From: Eledone cirrhosa
Lineage: Eukaryota
DNA length: 64,000 nt
Direction: 5' to 3'
Assembly: GCA_964016885.1 (NCBI GenBank)
Contig: OZ024742.1
Coordinates: 259,222,001 to 259,286,000, forward strand
In this document: positions 45,204-60,304 of the stretch, piece after piece
Layout of the letters: each line of letters begins with the position of its first letter
Numbering within the stretch: position 1 is the stretch's first letter
The notes under the pieces: generated by a model
Seen by the model: the letters and a program-made list of their open reading frames with translations, nothing else
The model's database searches: none
Told to the model about the DNA's origin: nothing
Program-made: the position numbers and the translations under genes

Positions 45204-46446
45204 TCTTTTCATTCAAAGAATATAAAATTCCTGAATTTAAATCACAAACTAGCGCTATCAAAGACTGTTCCTGGGATGAGAGTGGATGATGTAGAACAGG
45301 TTTATCAAGGGCCGTAGTAAAGATAGAGGCAAAAGGAGGTAGGTCAAACTAGCCACCACTGTTATCAGCAGCAGTCGGAATGACCCGGTTTGTTCTCAAC
45401 GTTTGTGGAGGTAGTAGTAATATGAAATACGTCCTTTCACGCACAAGGCGCCATGTATATATATATATATATATATAAATATATATATGTATATATATAA
45501 ATATATATATGTATATATATATATATATATATATAGTATTAAGGATACTATTTATGGTTATGTATACAATAAAACCTTTTATGGTTATATATTTTTCATA
45601 TACAAACCCCAAATAGTGAAAGATAGTCATTCATTACTATCTTAATACCAGTAAGATAAATAGCTCAATGTAATAACATCAGTTGTTTTACAGAGCAGTT
45701 ATATAGAGATTACAAAAGCAAAGTTCAGTTTAAATCATTTATTTGCTTACAATTGTTTCCTCCAAACCGAGGTTTGAATTCTTCGGACCAACTATTTGGT
45801 GATCTATAACATACTTGACCTCCTTTTCAACACAAGAGACATATAAAAACATATGCATATATTGACCCACAGTGGGATGACATCCATCATAATGATATAG
45901 CATGGCAATTTACATATAAAGGTTAAAGGATAAAAATAAGAATAAAAATAAAAATAAAACATCGGCAGTTTATGAAGATAAAGCAAGAGGAAAGTTTAGA
46001 GTAGTCAGTGTATGAAACAATCTCACGTGTAGCATGCACGCGTGTCTTATTTATAAAGGATTAGAGTGCGGCAGATTGTTACTTGTAGGATCAGGCAGTT
46101 AAAGCTGGCAATCAATAGTATTATGTGGGCTGTATTGTTAAATCATTTTTTCACATACACCTGTATGATATACAATCCCGAATGTAGAGAAACACCAAAA
46201 TATCAAAAATATCAAACATATTATAAAACATATTATAACATAGGCAAAACAGCACCACTGTCTTCGCACACACCACCACTCACATAATCCATGAAACGCA
46301 ATATATAGACTATAGATATATCACACAATCCACGATGATTCAGCATAGAACCAAGTTATAAACCATATCTTGTCGATTCTTAATTAATAGATCATGTTGT
46401 TTAGTTTTGTGAGATGACATTATATTCCGGAAGTGTGTGTGTGACC

Positions 46447-46492
46447 AAGGGGAGTTAATGCGTAAGGGGAGTTAATGCGTAAGGGGAGGTAA
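46447..46492 (+). repeat. 17-bp tandem repeat AAGGGGAGTTAATGCGT, about 2.7 copies
   Basis: Starts at 46447, 46464 and 46481. Confidence 0.85.
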
Positions 46493-47081
46493 CTAGCTGA
46501 TTTTCATAGTTAAATTTATTATCCTAAAATTACATTAATGGTGTTTCAAATAAGTCCCTATCATATGATGTTATGACTAATTTCTAGATTAGGTTACTTA
46601 TCTATAGGTTACAGTGTAGTCTATTAAGAAGTACTAAAGGTGTACATATCAGGATGATTACCTTCTATTAAGGAGTGTCACACCTGAACATTCTATAAGA
46701 AGGGTCAGACCTCCAAATCAATGTTCTTTGTAAGTGTAGCACAAGTACGTAAACCGGCGCGACACATACCCCACACACATACGAACGTATACACCAAAAT
46801 TACATATAAATATAAGTGTGTGTGTGTGAGAGAGAGTGAATACATATAATTATATATAAATATTTGCTCTAGGGTTCTTATATATTTGATATATATTTAT
46901 CCTTATCGAGCCCTCTTTGGATTTCAGTCTTCACATTTATTATTACTATATATACCTATATATATATACATATATACATATTTTTATATACATATATACA
47001 TAGTTTTATATACGTATATATATACATACATACATACATATATATTTATATACATATATATATATACATACATATATATAT

Positions 47082-47157
<76 letters not shown>

Positions 47158-47191
47158 GATTATGAGTTCATGCAATTGACTTATGTTTCGT

Positions 47192-47227
<36 letters not shown>

Positions 47228-47229
<2 letters not shown>

Positions 47230-47520
47230 TGACGAAACATAAGTCAATTGCATGAACTTATAATCCTTTATTTACTGCTATATATATTTCGATGATATCC
47301 ATTGAATGGCTATGACCTCATCAGGCAGTTAATCAGTTCTTAGAAATGCCAGCTCTGTGTTTATAGTGTTGATGGTATCAGAACCTTGGGACATATGAGC
47401 TTGTTAGGAATAATTTAATGTTGTCAGCAGGAATAGTCTTGATTCTCATTGGTCAGTTTGTAGATGGTAGAAGGGTTGGTATTTGACCTCAAAGAGGCAG
47501 GTGGTGTTGTAAAGTTCATG
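47228..47520 (-). mobile_element. PLE 3' end: ORF C-terminal remnant, 3' UTR and hammerhead
   Basis: The minus strand reads HELYNTTCLFEVKY...* (like the ELxxxC end of the 17.6-kb fragment), then UTR homologous to 9166-9312. Confidence 0.7.
47274..47329 (-). ncRNA. Minimal type I hammerhead ribozyme (intact core)
   Basis: ACUGC-CUGAUGA-GGUCAUAGCCAU(UCA)AUGGAUAUCAUC-GAAA-UAUAUA-UA^-GCAGU. Confidence 0.85.
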
Positions 47521-48062
47521 TATATATATATATGTATGTATGTATATATATGTATATAAAAATATGTATATATGTATATAAAAATATGTATATATTTATA
47601 TATATATAGTATATATAGTAATAATAAATGTGAAGACAAAAATCCATAGAGGGCTCGATAAGGATAAATATATATCAAATATATAAGAACCCTAGAGCAA
47701 ATATTTATATATAATTATATGTATACACTCTCTCACACACACACACAGACTTATATTTATAGGTAATTTTGGTGTATACGTTCGTATGTGTGTGGGGTAT
47801 GTGTCGCGCCGGTGTACGTACTTGTGCGCGTGTTTATGTGTACGTGCTGGTATATGTGTACGTGCTTATTTATGTGTACGTGTTTATGTGTTCGTGGTGG
47901 TTTATGTATATATATAGAGATAGATAGATAGATAAATGGAAAAAGATGAGTATTGACGTACGTAAATACTCATCTTTTTCCGTTTATCTAAGGGTTCTAA
48001 ACCCCACTATCAGCCTAACATTTCTTTAGTCAAAAATACGGTGAAAGCTTCTATTTCTAATA

Positions 48063-48121
<59 letters not shown>

Positions 48122-48169
48122 AGTAAGGTTGCTTGGATGCAAGCAATAAAAAAAAAATATATATATATA

Positions 48170-49918
48170 TTTAATATGTGGAAGATTTAAATCAGATAAT
48201 ACGTACGAAGCCCTCCGGTAAACTGTTGTTTATCATTTAGGTGTGTTCTGAATTATGTTGAAACAGGTGCAAAATATTAATTGTTAATTGAATATCCAAA
48301 CTTTTCTGAAATATGAATGTCACATGTACACTCTCTCATTAAATGTTTGCATAATAAATATCACGTGTGTCACTGCGCCTAATTATAAAACAGATTATCA
48401 TTGATCAGTGTTAAATAATCCTAAAATAATTCAAATAAAATTGAATTGAAATTTCTTTTTATCTTTTCTCCCATATCTATATCTTCACTTGCTCTCAATT
48501 TCAATTTTGAAAATGAGTTTCATTTTCAAACTCATTCTTTTTCTTTCGTATTCAAACTTTCCCTCTCCTTCATTTTCAAACGCCTTTTCTTCCACTTTGC
48601 ATATACCTACCATTATTTTTCATGATATTCATTCAGATAAATATCATCTCGTGAAACTCTTTACGTGACAATTCTTGTTTGATTTTGAAATATAATTGTA
48701 TATGTATGTATTATACAATTATATTTCAAAATCACACATACAATTATATTTCAAGATATATCTACTACTGTGTGTGATTTTGAAATATAATTGTCATTAT
48801 CATTATTTTCTTTTCCTCTTCCTTTAGTTTTGTTTCCATTTCTTGGTGAATGCATCCCTGGTACCTACGACAGAGAAACTTACTGCGTACATTGATAAAC
48901 CACACAAGTAATCACATCAGATAATCATCCTCAACATGTTCTAGAAAGTTTAGGACATATCACAATTTAACAATGACACTCTTGGCAATGCCAGCTTATT
49001 GTTTCACCAAATGTATTTTAGGTATCTTCGTGGCTGTAAGAAGTTCGTAATGGTCTGCCAGAACACTTTATTTGCTGATCTGAAGTCAGATTCCAGCTCA
49101 ATCCCAAAGTCCTCCCATCCCTTAACTTTAGACGCCTGCTTGTACCGCAAGTGCAAGAAGGGGGACTTATTTCCAAGCCAAGCTTTGTGAGCCTCTTTTT
49201 TTATCTGATGTATCTATGATCTGTTGATTGAAACAAGGGATCCTCTTGCCATCCAGCACCACACCAGGAATCTTTCTCTCGCAACATTTAACAGCTGAAG
49301 AAGAAACTGCTGCGCAGAACAATCTCCACTATCTTGACGTCCTCAGTTTGCTAAGGGAGTTTTCTCCATTTGGATGCAATAGTATCTGTATACATGATCC
49401 TGACTTCTTTATCTATCAATGAGTCCTACTTTATCCTGTAGGTCACCATGGACCTGTTAGTTTTCTGGACTTCCTTAGCTTTAGTTAGTCTTAAGTTGCA
49501 GATAACTAGATGGTGACTGGATGACAGCTCAGCCCCTGTCTTAACACGAACACCCAGCACAGAATCAAAGAGATAAAAGAAAATAACAAAATCAATTATT
49601 GATCTCTATCCCTGAATCCCCTTATATCATGCATATTAATGGATGTCTCTGTCAATTTTATTTGAATTATTAAAGAATTATTTTAAGAGTGATCAACGAT
49701 GTTTTAGAATTTAGCGCTGTGACACATGATATTTATCATATAAAAAAATAAGGATAAAAGGTACATGTGACATTCATATTTCGGAATTTCGGATATTCAA
49801 TTAACAATTAATATTTTGCACTTGTTTCAAGAGAATTCAGAACACATCTAAATGATAAACAGCAGTTTACCAGAGGGCCTCTTACGTATTTTCTGATTTA
49901 AACCTTCCACATATTAAA
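48170..49918. mobile_element. 1.75-kb element with about 270-bp diverged terminal inverted repeats
   Basis: 48170-48445 is the rc of 49652-49918; TA-rich flanks; a partial third terminus at 49981-50020. Confidence 0.75.
49040..49560 (-). pseudogene. RTE (Rex3/Expander-like) endonuclease C-terminus and linker fragment
   Basis: VLGVRVKTGAELSSSHHLVI...WRLFCAAVSSSA..CC.RK...KKEAHKAWL...WEDFGIELESDFRSANKVFWQTI; contains stops and frameshifts. Confidence 0.88.
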
Positions 49919-50086
49919 GAACATATATATATTGTGTGTTGGGGGTGTGAGCGTATATATATATATAAATATATTCGTTTTTAATAATGTGGAAGTTTTT
50001 TGAAATCAGAAAATACGTAATACACTCCCCGATACATTTGTTTATCTTTTATTGTATTCTGAATTTCGTTGCATTCAGAATATGTA

Positions 50087-50135
<49 letters not shown>

Positions 50136-50448
50136 AATCACAGGGAATAATTTGTAAACAATCACAGGGAATAATTTGTAAAGAATGTAGGCACACATAG
50201 CTAGGTAGGTAACTAATTAAAGTTTGACTAGAACTTCAAATATAGATACCTTTTAAAATGATTAATCTCCTTTGTTTATATTTCTTTAAGTAAGAAATAT
50301 ATTTCACCTATTAATCCGTAAATCACAGCAGTTAAATTCTTGATTTTTCTAGTTGATATGTAATCGGATCTAATCTTTGAGCTTATTCTACGGTCGATAT
50401 GGTGCCTGTCTCTCAGACATGACAACCCTTAATTTTGATTTTAATTTT

Positions 50449-50499
<51 letters not shown>

Positions 50500-52112
50500 G
50501 TTTTGTATAATCTGGTCAGTCGACATCGTCGCTTATAAAAAAAAAAAATAGTTAAAACAGTGATTTCCTTGCTTTAAAAAATTACCCAGATCTGAATTTC
50601 TGAAAACATTGTCTGTATTCTCTAAACATTTCTGTGTTTTTCGTCGATATTTGTGAAACATACTTGAGCACGTACTGCAGTAAGTCAATTTAGTATATCT
50701 AATCTTTTTTTCTTCTATTTAACCCGTAAGCCTTGCTATTTATTTTATATCCGATTTATCGTGATGCTTTCACTTTAAACACTGGGTAAATAATACTTGT
50801 TTTCTCTTACTATTTTCCTTTCTTCTATTCTTTCTTTTTCAGTAATTATTACACCGTAAAATGTGTATTTTTACAGGCAGTACAACAATCAGTTTTGTTT
50901 ATTTTATTTCTCGTTGATTTGTTTCTTTTCTCTAAAATAGTAATAGTATTTCGTTGTATTTTAAATTGATTACTGAAATATTGTAATTGGTGCTCTGTAT
51001 TGCTACCTTTCTCGAAATAAGGCATTATATTTTTAGAGTACTATATATATATATATTTAACTTATTTTATTTTCTGAGTTAGTACTGGCATTTCGTTTCA
51101 CATTTAATTGATTGATTATTACAATCGAAGACAATGCAGATACAAATGTTCAGGTAGGTGGGATCCGAACTCACCGAAATGGAAACTAAAAGAACTACAG
51201 CTAATATACATATGCATTTAAAACTGACGGAACCTATCCCATTCTTCCAGAGAAAGAGAGATGTAAAATTCCTACTAGTAAACTGGTACTTTATTTATCA
51301 AGTTGGAAACTATAAAATGTAATGTTGACATCGGCTTATTTTCAAAATGAACATTTACCAAATATAAAGATAAATAACAATATTTCTCTTATTCTCGTTA
51401 ATTAATTAATACGTCGGAATATAAGTCCTCACCACCACCACCACCACCATCATCAACACTACCATCACCATCACAACAACAGTTATCTTCACCACGATTA
51501 TCATCACGATCATCACCTCACCATTACCACCACTACACCGTCACCACCAATAGTTTATTTAAAATGTTAAACTGATAAGGGTAATGATCCGCCACAATTT
51601 ATGTTTTAGGGCCTAATTGAAGAACGAGTGGATTTTATTTTAATTATTTTATTTCTGATCTAGGATAAGATATTTTAATTTCATATGGTGACACAGCTGA
51701 TAATTATTATGCAACATTAAATTAATTATTATATATATATATATTTATATTTACGTAAATTTTATATATTTAATTACAATTAATTTGTAACACCTGTTTC
51801 AATACAAGCGTGATGATAAACAGATGCGTACCTGGAAGATTTTTACATATTTCTGATTTCATTAAAATGGTCCAGCACGGTACATTCTGAGTTCGATTCC
51901 CACCAAGGTAAACTTTGCCTTTCATTCTTACTAACTCAATAAAATAATGTACCAGTAAAGTACTGGTTTCGATGTAATCGAGTTTCCCCTTCCTGCAAAT
52001 TGTTACCATTAGAAACTATTATCATACGTAATGTGTCTAATTACTCGGAATCTACATTACATCTTAGAAACTTTCCCATTATATGAAGAAAGGGGGAAAA
52101 TTCCTATATAAA

Positions 52113-52360
52113 TTTTGGCGTAACCTATCAATCACAGTTGACCATGAATCTGAAATGACCTAACATATGGTACAATTGACCATATATTTTGATGTGACCT
52201 ACCAAATATATATGGCCTGATCGGTGATATATTCTGGCGTAACCAATCAAATATATACGGAACAGTTGACAATGTATTGTGGTGTGACCTATCAAATATA
52301 TATGGACATGTCAGTGAAATATTCAGGCGTAAACTATCAAACATATATGGACCACTCGAC
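52113..52360 (+). repeat. 45-bp minisatellite with alternating (90-bp) higher order
   Basis: ACCTATCAAATATATATGG-like motif at about 52197, 52241, 52287 and 52332, alternately preceded by TGTG and GGCGT. Confidence 0.8.
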
Positions 52361-54056
52361 ATTTCAATCGAATATAACTGAATACATTTTGTATTGAAAT
52401 CTGTTTTCTTGTGTCGTATTCCAAGATGTAAGGGATTTTCTAATCATATATCTTGGATCAGGAGACAATGAAATCTCAATGGAAATAGGAAATTATGATA
52501 GGTCGTACTGACTGTAGTAAATGACACTTGCACCAGATCCAAAGAATGGGATCAAAATAGAGACCAAATGATTAAGAAGCGAACTTCTTAATCATTCGGC
52601 TATGATATATACGTTATTTATTATATAGTTAAGAAGTACAAAAATCTGCTTTGAGGCAATGAATGTCTGACGACGCCTGATACTAGCAGCGCGGTGTAGT
52701 TTTATAGATGACTTTATAGTCTCTAAGAAAAAAAAGGAAACAATAAAAAATACATATAGGCCGACTGGATGAGCTATTTAGGAAATGTTGACTACACAGT
52801 CAGTCGGTGTTGCGAGGTAAGATCAATGGATTCCACTTTGGAATTGGATAGATGCTTTCAACGATCAGTTGTATAACCTTCAAATGTATATAGACAAACC
52901 CAATATTTACTGTCTAAAGGGGTATTGAAATTAAACGATAGTTGAAAATGAAACTAACTAGCGATAGCGATAGAGGTTTAGAAGGGAAATTTTAAGGTGT
53001 GGTGTAACCAATACGTTTCTTATGACCTCTCAGGAAATGCTATTAACGTGAGTTGATTGAATGGAAAATAGTTCTGACATGTTGCTTCGAGAGTTGTATT
53101 GTCTACAGTAATGCATTACAAGAGTTGGGATTTATATAGTCTTATTACAAATCTCCAACTGACTTTAATATCACTGACTCAGTGATTAAAATCACTCCTA
53201 GTCCTGATTATATTGATTGTATTGTGATTTCTATCTCATGCCGGAGAGCTTGGAATTTTTCAACATTAAATTGCATGTTGTTATCTACAGCACCCTGACG
53301 TTGTTTGAACAGCAGTAGCAAGTGTAGTGTTTGTATATAAACATACTGTATAAAGCACATTAGATGTCGTTATATTCTGATGTATCTGGAATGTCAAGAT
53401 CTTTTCGTAATAGTTGTATCAACTCATTTCTGTAAAAGTTTGAATATCACAGCATCCCATTACGTAAGCGTTGATAGCATGTAAAGGATTCTATTTAAAT
53501 GTGATCTATCAGTTTTCTAAATTCATTTTATATATCCTCATGTAACTACCTCAATTTAATAATATCAACATAACACGAGTTACTTTAGCGAATCTAACAA
53601 GGATTATATTAAACAAATAAATACATGACATGAGTTACTTTCACCTATCACATATTTTGTATACAAATGAAGAAAATGGATTCTTCCTATTAAATACCTA
53701 AATCTTATCTCAGAAAACATACAACAGAGAATGGAAATTACATTATGTATGACGATAACTAACATTAATAACATACCATTAAACATTTCCTCATTAGGAA
53801 TAAATTACAAATCTTCCTGTTGCTAAACACCTCTCATGTAAGCCGATGAACAGCCAGCAAATGACTAAGGTAATATGATAAATTTCTGGGTAAACATGAC
53901 AAGCTGATTTAACATGAATCTAATGAGTATATTGTAAATTTACGAGTAATAAAATAACCTGCAGGCAATCAATGGACTTCATACATGGACGTGTTGCAAC
54001 ACACTACATTTCACAATTAAGAAACCAGACCAAAATTCATTTATTCAATGTACTAT

Positions 54057-54159
<103 letters not shown>

Positions 54160-54271
54160 TCAGGAGACAGTGAATTCTCGATGAACTGACAGGCAGGCAC
54201 TGGAAATAAGAAATCATTATATGTTGCACTATTTCTCCACAATACGTTATGATTATATAATAATAATAATA

Positions 54272-54421
54272 ATTGTTTCTACTTTTTCGCACAAGGACAG
54301 CAATTACCCCAGTGTATGACTGGTGCTTTACTTTATCGACCCCGTAAGGGTGAAAGGCAAAGTTAATCTCGGAGGGATCTGAACTCAGAACGTTAAGGGC
54401 CATAATTCCATGCTGCAAAGC

Positions 54422-54477
<56 letters not shown>

Positions 54478-54657
54478 GTCTCTGATTTAGGCACAAGGCC
54501 AGCAAATTTTTTTTTGGGGGAAGGGAGAGTCGATTAAATCGACTCCAGTGTCTTACTGGTACTTTATTTAATCGACCCCTTAATGATGAATGACAAAGTT
54601 AACCTCGGCGGGAATTGAACTCAGAACATAAAGGGCCATAACTCTATTCAGCAAAGC

Positions 54658-54696
<39 letters not shown>

Positions 54697-55427
54697 TTTC
54701 TTTATTGGCCACAAGGGCTGACATCAAGAAAAACCTTACAAACGGCATAGGACGGTACAGGACAGTACGATAATAATATAATAATGCGATTTAGGCACAA
54801 GACCAACAATTTTTTGGAGGGAGTCGATTAATTTCACCCCAGTGCATTAATTGTACTTTATTTTACCAACCCCATAAAGATGAAAGGCAAAGCTAACCTC
54901 GGCGAAATTTAACTTGTAATGTAAAGGGCCATAACTCTATGCTACACCGATAATGCCAATCCACCGCCCTATATATAATAATAGTAATTATAATAATGAT
55001 GATTTCTACTTTAGGAACAAGGCCAGCAATTTGAAGGGGTGAGGAAAGTCAATTAAATAGACCCCAGTGCATTGTTGGTGCTTTTATTCATCGACCCCGT
55101 AAGGTTGAAAGGCAAAGCTAACCTCGGCGGAATTCTAACTCAGAACGTAAAGGGCCGTAACACTATGTTGCAAATCATTTCGTCCGATGCTCTACCGATA
55201 CTGCCAATCCACCTCCCTATGTATAATAATGAAAATATTAATAATAATTGTTTCTACTTTTGGCACAAGGCCAGCAATTACCCAGTACATACTGGTACTT
55301 TATTTTATCGACCCCGTAAGGATGAAAGGCAAAGTTAACTTCGGCGGGATTTGAACTCAGAATGATAAGGGCCGTAACTCTATTCGTCAAAGCATGGCGT
55401 CCGACCCTCTACCGATACTGCCAATCA
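54272..55427 (-). mobile_element. Array of five head-to-tail SINE copies separated by (AAT)n
   Basis: Copies at about 54272-54422, 54478-54658, 54790-54970, 55002-55218 and 55248-55427; a Tx1 3' end is interposed at 54695-54770. Confidence 0.9.
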
Positions 55428-55435
55428 ATAATAAA

Positions 55436-56045
55436 GGGTTTACAAAAAATACATTAAGGACAGCAGATGCGGGTTTCTGCGCATAAAAATAAAAGAAACA
55501 ATAACAAAAAACTTAAAATTAAAACCAAAGAAAAAATACTCCAATGGGGGAGAGACCACAGAAGGATACTCGTAGAGGAAGACCACAAAAAGCCACGGTC
55601 ACCCTATCGTTAAGGTAAGCACTCTCCCCCAGTAATACAGGCATCCGTGTAAGGCAGGCCCATTTACACGGGCTTTTCTCCGCCTTTCTCATTCAACTTT
55701 CAACAAATTGCTTTGTAGGCAGTACTTCCTTCTCCACCTTGATTTTACTTTTCAGGTGAAACCTGAAAAGGCCCGTCCTCCATCCTTTCAGACGTGTCCA
55801 CCATATAGATATCCACCAGGCAGATTAAAAAAAGCCTTTCGTTCCTGGTTAAAGGAGGTGGCATGGCGAGTTTTATGATGGACTCATCTGATAGCCGCTT
55901 CCGTTCTACACTCACCAGAGGTGTTCGACGTATGCCCACCAGTCAGTGACACTCGGACAATGGACGAGTGCATGCAGAACGGTTTCGGCGCCCCTTGTGC
56001 ATCTCGGACAGGCCTGGCTGCCGGCATTTCCATGCTTGTAAAGTT
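55436..56045 (-). pseudogene. Tx1/L1-clade LINE ORF2 C-terminus (CCHC zinc knuckle) and 3' UTR
   Basis: KHGNAGSQACPRCTRGAETVLHALVHCPSVTDWWAYVE...IWWTRLKG...FRFHLKSKIKVEK. Confidence 0.85.
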
Positions 56046-56454
56046 TATAGAAGTAATAATAATAATAATATAATAAGCTTGAGTAAAATTGCACAATAAC
56101 AAAACCAATTTAACAATGAAAAAATATCATTATGTTCATTCACGATCGATCAACTCAAGGTAAAATCAGTATCGACCGTGCTCGACTTTGGGATCGATAA
56201 CTCATGTCTTGTGATTTCCTTATTATTATTATATTTTACACCCTGCTTATGAAAGATACTGACCAGAGTTTAACACCAAAACGTGCAATACCACATAGGA
56301 AACCGGACACACTTATGCACGAGTGCTCAAACTGGTGAACCAATTGTAACGTAAAGTTACGCACCAATAAACTATATATACGGGCACATTTACACACACA
56401 CACATACACGCATACACACACACACTTACACACACACTTACACACACACATATA

Positions 56455-56494
<40 letters not shown>

Positions 56495-57453
56495 ATATAT
56501 AATCAATAATGTTATAAACCGGTACAACCAGAAAAGCTGCTGACCAAGATCAAAAAAGAAACGATAAGATACTTCGAAATAATTTATTACTCTCATCCTC
56601 TTAGCATATCAAAGCATGTCCATGTAATGAACACATTTCTTATTTTACCTTTCTTTTCGTTCTATTAAGGTGGCAAATTGATAGATTCGTTAATACCTCG
56701 GGTTAAATACCTCTGGATTTATTTTGCCTCACTGTGCTCACTGGAGTCGATTTTTTTTATATCTCTATATCACTTTCTCACTTTCTCTCGCTTTCACTTT
56801 CTCGCTGGAATAAAAGTATGATTTCAGACATCGTGGGTGATAGTTTCCATCAAGCTTTAAATGCCCCTTCGATTCCATTTGGAGTTAAGTGTCCTATCTT
56901 TTACTTCCTACATATTCAATTCTATTTCTTTCTTTCTATAGCTTTTAGTTCTCTTTTCTTCATAAAAAGTTTTTCTTTGTCGCTACTTGTAATTTTTATA
57001 GCTATATATAACGAGAAAAAAGGTGCCGATTTAGCTGCGGCATCGGATTAAATGGCTCGGTATTTTGCAGAGAACTTCGTTATGGGTGAAATTTTCTGCA
57101 GAATGTTAAGCTGCACTCGTGTCTATTTCATAAGGATGTTTGATGGTTCGGACAAATGAATCATTTGTATTAGAAGATACTCAGATCAATGTATGTTGTT
57201 GTTTTTGTTGTGATTGTTGTTATTGATGTTTTTGTCCAACAGCCACAGTTGTATAATTAAGGAGTAGTGGAGTGAGGCGAAATATGTTTGTTTTTAAGTG
57301 AGAAGCGGTAGATCAAGTGAGGAACAGTGTGATAGTAATATATCTTTTGATGTAACCATTCCACAATAATTTAATGCCATTGATTTTCTATTCCTATATT
57401 CGGCACAAGGCCAGATAGTGAAGAGGGTCATTAGACCATTTAATCACGAGGAG

Positions 57454-57513
<60 letters not shown>

Positions 57514-57530
57514 TGTATGTATAATTTGTG

Positions 57531-57599
<69 letters not shown>

Positions 57600-57656
57600 G
57601 TATATATACATATATATGGGTGTGTACGTATAAATATATGTGTGTGTATATATCAT

Positions 57657-59230
57657 TATGTAGACAACATCAATATAGAAATAACAACAGCCCCACAAGA
57701 GAGTACCTATGAACCTGAATTAGTAGCTAACACCATGGAGAGCATCCAGCAAATAGCTAACTCCATACACCAGAGCATCAAAGTACTATAGACTTCGCTA
57801 CCAAACACCCTAACAATAGATTACCATGATTAGACACTGAACTCTGGCTAAATACTATAAATAAGAAAGCCCAAATCCTCCATTCACATTAAACTCATGG
57901 CCTCCAAATACTTAATACACAAAACCTCAGTGATGTTCAAATATGCTAGGTTTAATATCCAGATCACGGAATGATGAAAATGTGTCCCGCATGTGCCATT
58001 TTACGAGAAAGTGACGTACAACACATAATCATGGCTACAACCAAAGAGACAGAATCAGTATGTACAAAGGCATCATGGCGAAATACAAAAGCCTCATGGA
58101 GATGGACATGAAAGGGTTTTACCCGCTGTCAAGAACAAATCATGGAATAGAATGGGACTAGTAAGAAGATAGCGAAGATGGGACTAGTAAGAAGATAGCG
58201 AAAGCCAATTCATGGTACGACAAAGATACTAGAGTGTCATGCTCCTTGATGCTAGGCGATTTCGGAAGGTCCTAAGAAAAACTTATTTAAATATTAAAGT
58301 GGTAGAAAAGCCTGCAACTACCATAAAATCCCTGATCAGTAAAACGAACTCCTTTAACAAAACCCGTTGTGAAAATTAGAAATATGTAGTATGTATAGTA
58401 AGTCCAGAAATAAATTATAAAACTAGAAACAGAGTTTATAGTATACGATGTACAGAGGGCACTGCAGAAACATAACAACGAAGTACATAGGAAAGACAGC
58501 TCGCAGCATAGGAGAGGGAAGAAATGAACACTGGAATGTAGTAAAAAGACAAAAATACAATTCAGTACCATATGAACACGCTAGACTAAAACATGATGGT
58601 AAAACAGACAACATAGAAGTTGTAATATCTAAACATAGGAATGACTCGACACTTAGACAAATTAAGAATGCTACAGAAATAGAATTAAGAAAATTTAGGC
58701 TGACCATAGTTATAACCACACACAAACGCACACTAGTAATCAAAGACAGAATATAAATATTCTCAGATGCAATAAAAACGCCCACACACAAGCACACACT
58801 AGAGACCAAAGTTAGAATATAAAGACATAAACACACGCAGACTCAAACACAAACACACGAGTACAAATCAAACAGAATAAACGCAAACAAACGTATGCGC
58901 AAACATACGAAAAACTCATAGAAATACTGGGGGAGGAAAGACAGCTATAATGAAGATGTCACAGAAATGTGACGAAAGAACTCTGATAAATTATATTTAT
59001 ATTTATGTTGTTAACTGTTGGTCTATCAAAGAGAAACACAGATTGGCAGCTACATTATTTATAAAACATAAATTAAAATATACTGAAACGAAAACGAAAC
59101 CAAATAGTGAGAGTGTTTTACTCTTTCTTGAAAATATTAGAACAACATGACCCTCCCCAAATATAACAGTATCTGTTTCAACACACGGTTTCATATCCAA
59201 AGCCTGCCAATACAAATACGTCGCCGATAT
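57657..59230 (+). pseudogene. Penelope-like element: RT C-terminal half, GIY-YIG endonuclease and 3' UTR with hammerhead
   Basis: YVDNIN (YVDD)...TMESIQQIANSIH.SIKV/IDF..KHPNNRLP*LDTELW...MASKYLIH; RVYSIRC..C....KYIGKTARSIGE...EH...H...H...RQI..A..I; degenerate hammerhead at 58946-58988; 26-bp internal duplication at 58152-58203. Confidence 0.9.
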
Positions 59231-59326
59231 ACTAAATATGTGGATATATGAATGTATATATGTAATATATGATATGTATATATGTAATATATGATATGTA
59301 TATATGTAATGTATATATGTAATATA

Positions 59327-59384
<58 letters not shown>

Positions 59385-59392
<8 letters not shown>

Positions 59393-60240
59393 CTTCTTCT
59401 CTGCACATGCGTTTGCGTGTGTGATAGTGTTTGATGTGTGTTCGTGTTTGGGTGACTGTGTTTTGGTTATTGTATTCTATCTTAGTTTACTAGTATCATA
59501 GTTTACGGTAACATAGACAGCATAGAAATTAGAATGATATCTAAACATAGAAATGACCCAGAAGATAGGCAAATCAGAGAGGCCAGCGAAGTAGAACTTA
59601 GAAGGCCAAAGCTAAACAGAAAAAATGAATGGAATAACAACACCCGAACAAACATTACTGACCTAAGTGAAGTATAAATAAACAAATAAATAAACAAATA
59701 CATACACAAGCACAATAACAACAAACACATATAAACACACACTAGTAAACTAAGATAGAATACAATAACCAAAACACAGTCACACAAAAACGAACACACA
59801 TCAAACACTATACACACACGCAAACGCATGCGCAGAGAAGAAGACAAATATAAGTAAATAAATAAATAAATAAATAAACAGATTAAATAAAGATGGCGTA
59901 GACATACAATACAACAGGAGGAAACATAATAGCACCACTGACGATGTTGCAGATGTGCAACGAAAGAATTTTGTTAGACTATATATATGTGTTCGTGTCT
60001 ATATTATATCTGTATTTTTTACCGTTGGTCAGTCAATGGTAACATTGAGGACCGAATAAATTAAATTAACTGATATAAAAGATAAAGAAGCGAAAACCAA
60101 CCAAACACTGAGTGTGTTCTGTTATTAATTCTGGCAATATTATTACACAAATATGACCCTCCCCAAGTATAACAATATTCGTTTCGACACACGATTTCAT
60201 ATCAAAAACCTCGCAAAACTAATATATACATATAGCGATA
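59385..60240 (+). mobile_element. Second, 5'-truncated PLE of the same family with an inverted 5' segment
   Basis: SKHRNDPEDRQIREASEVELRRPKLNRKNEWN..* at 59505-59676; 59385-59494 is the rc of 59741-59852; hammerhead CUGACGA-U-GUUGCA/UGCAAC-GAAA at 59934-59975. Confidence 0.88.
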
Positions 60241-60245
60241 TACGG

Positions 60246-60304
<59 letters not shown>

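Larger units (their letters stand above)
46739..47827. repeat. About 210-bp inverted arms (46739-46950 / 47614-47827) enclosing nested PLE pieces
   Basis: Arms are near-perfect rc; the same family tail occurs at 16700-16812 and 28940-28985. Confidence 0.85.
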
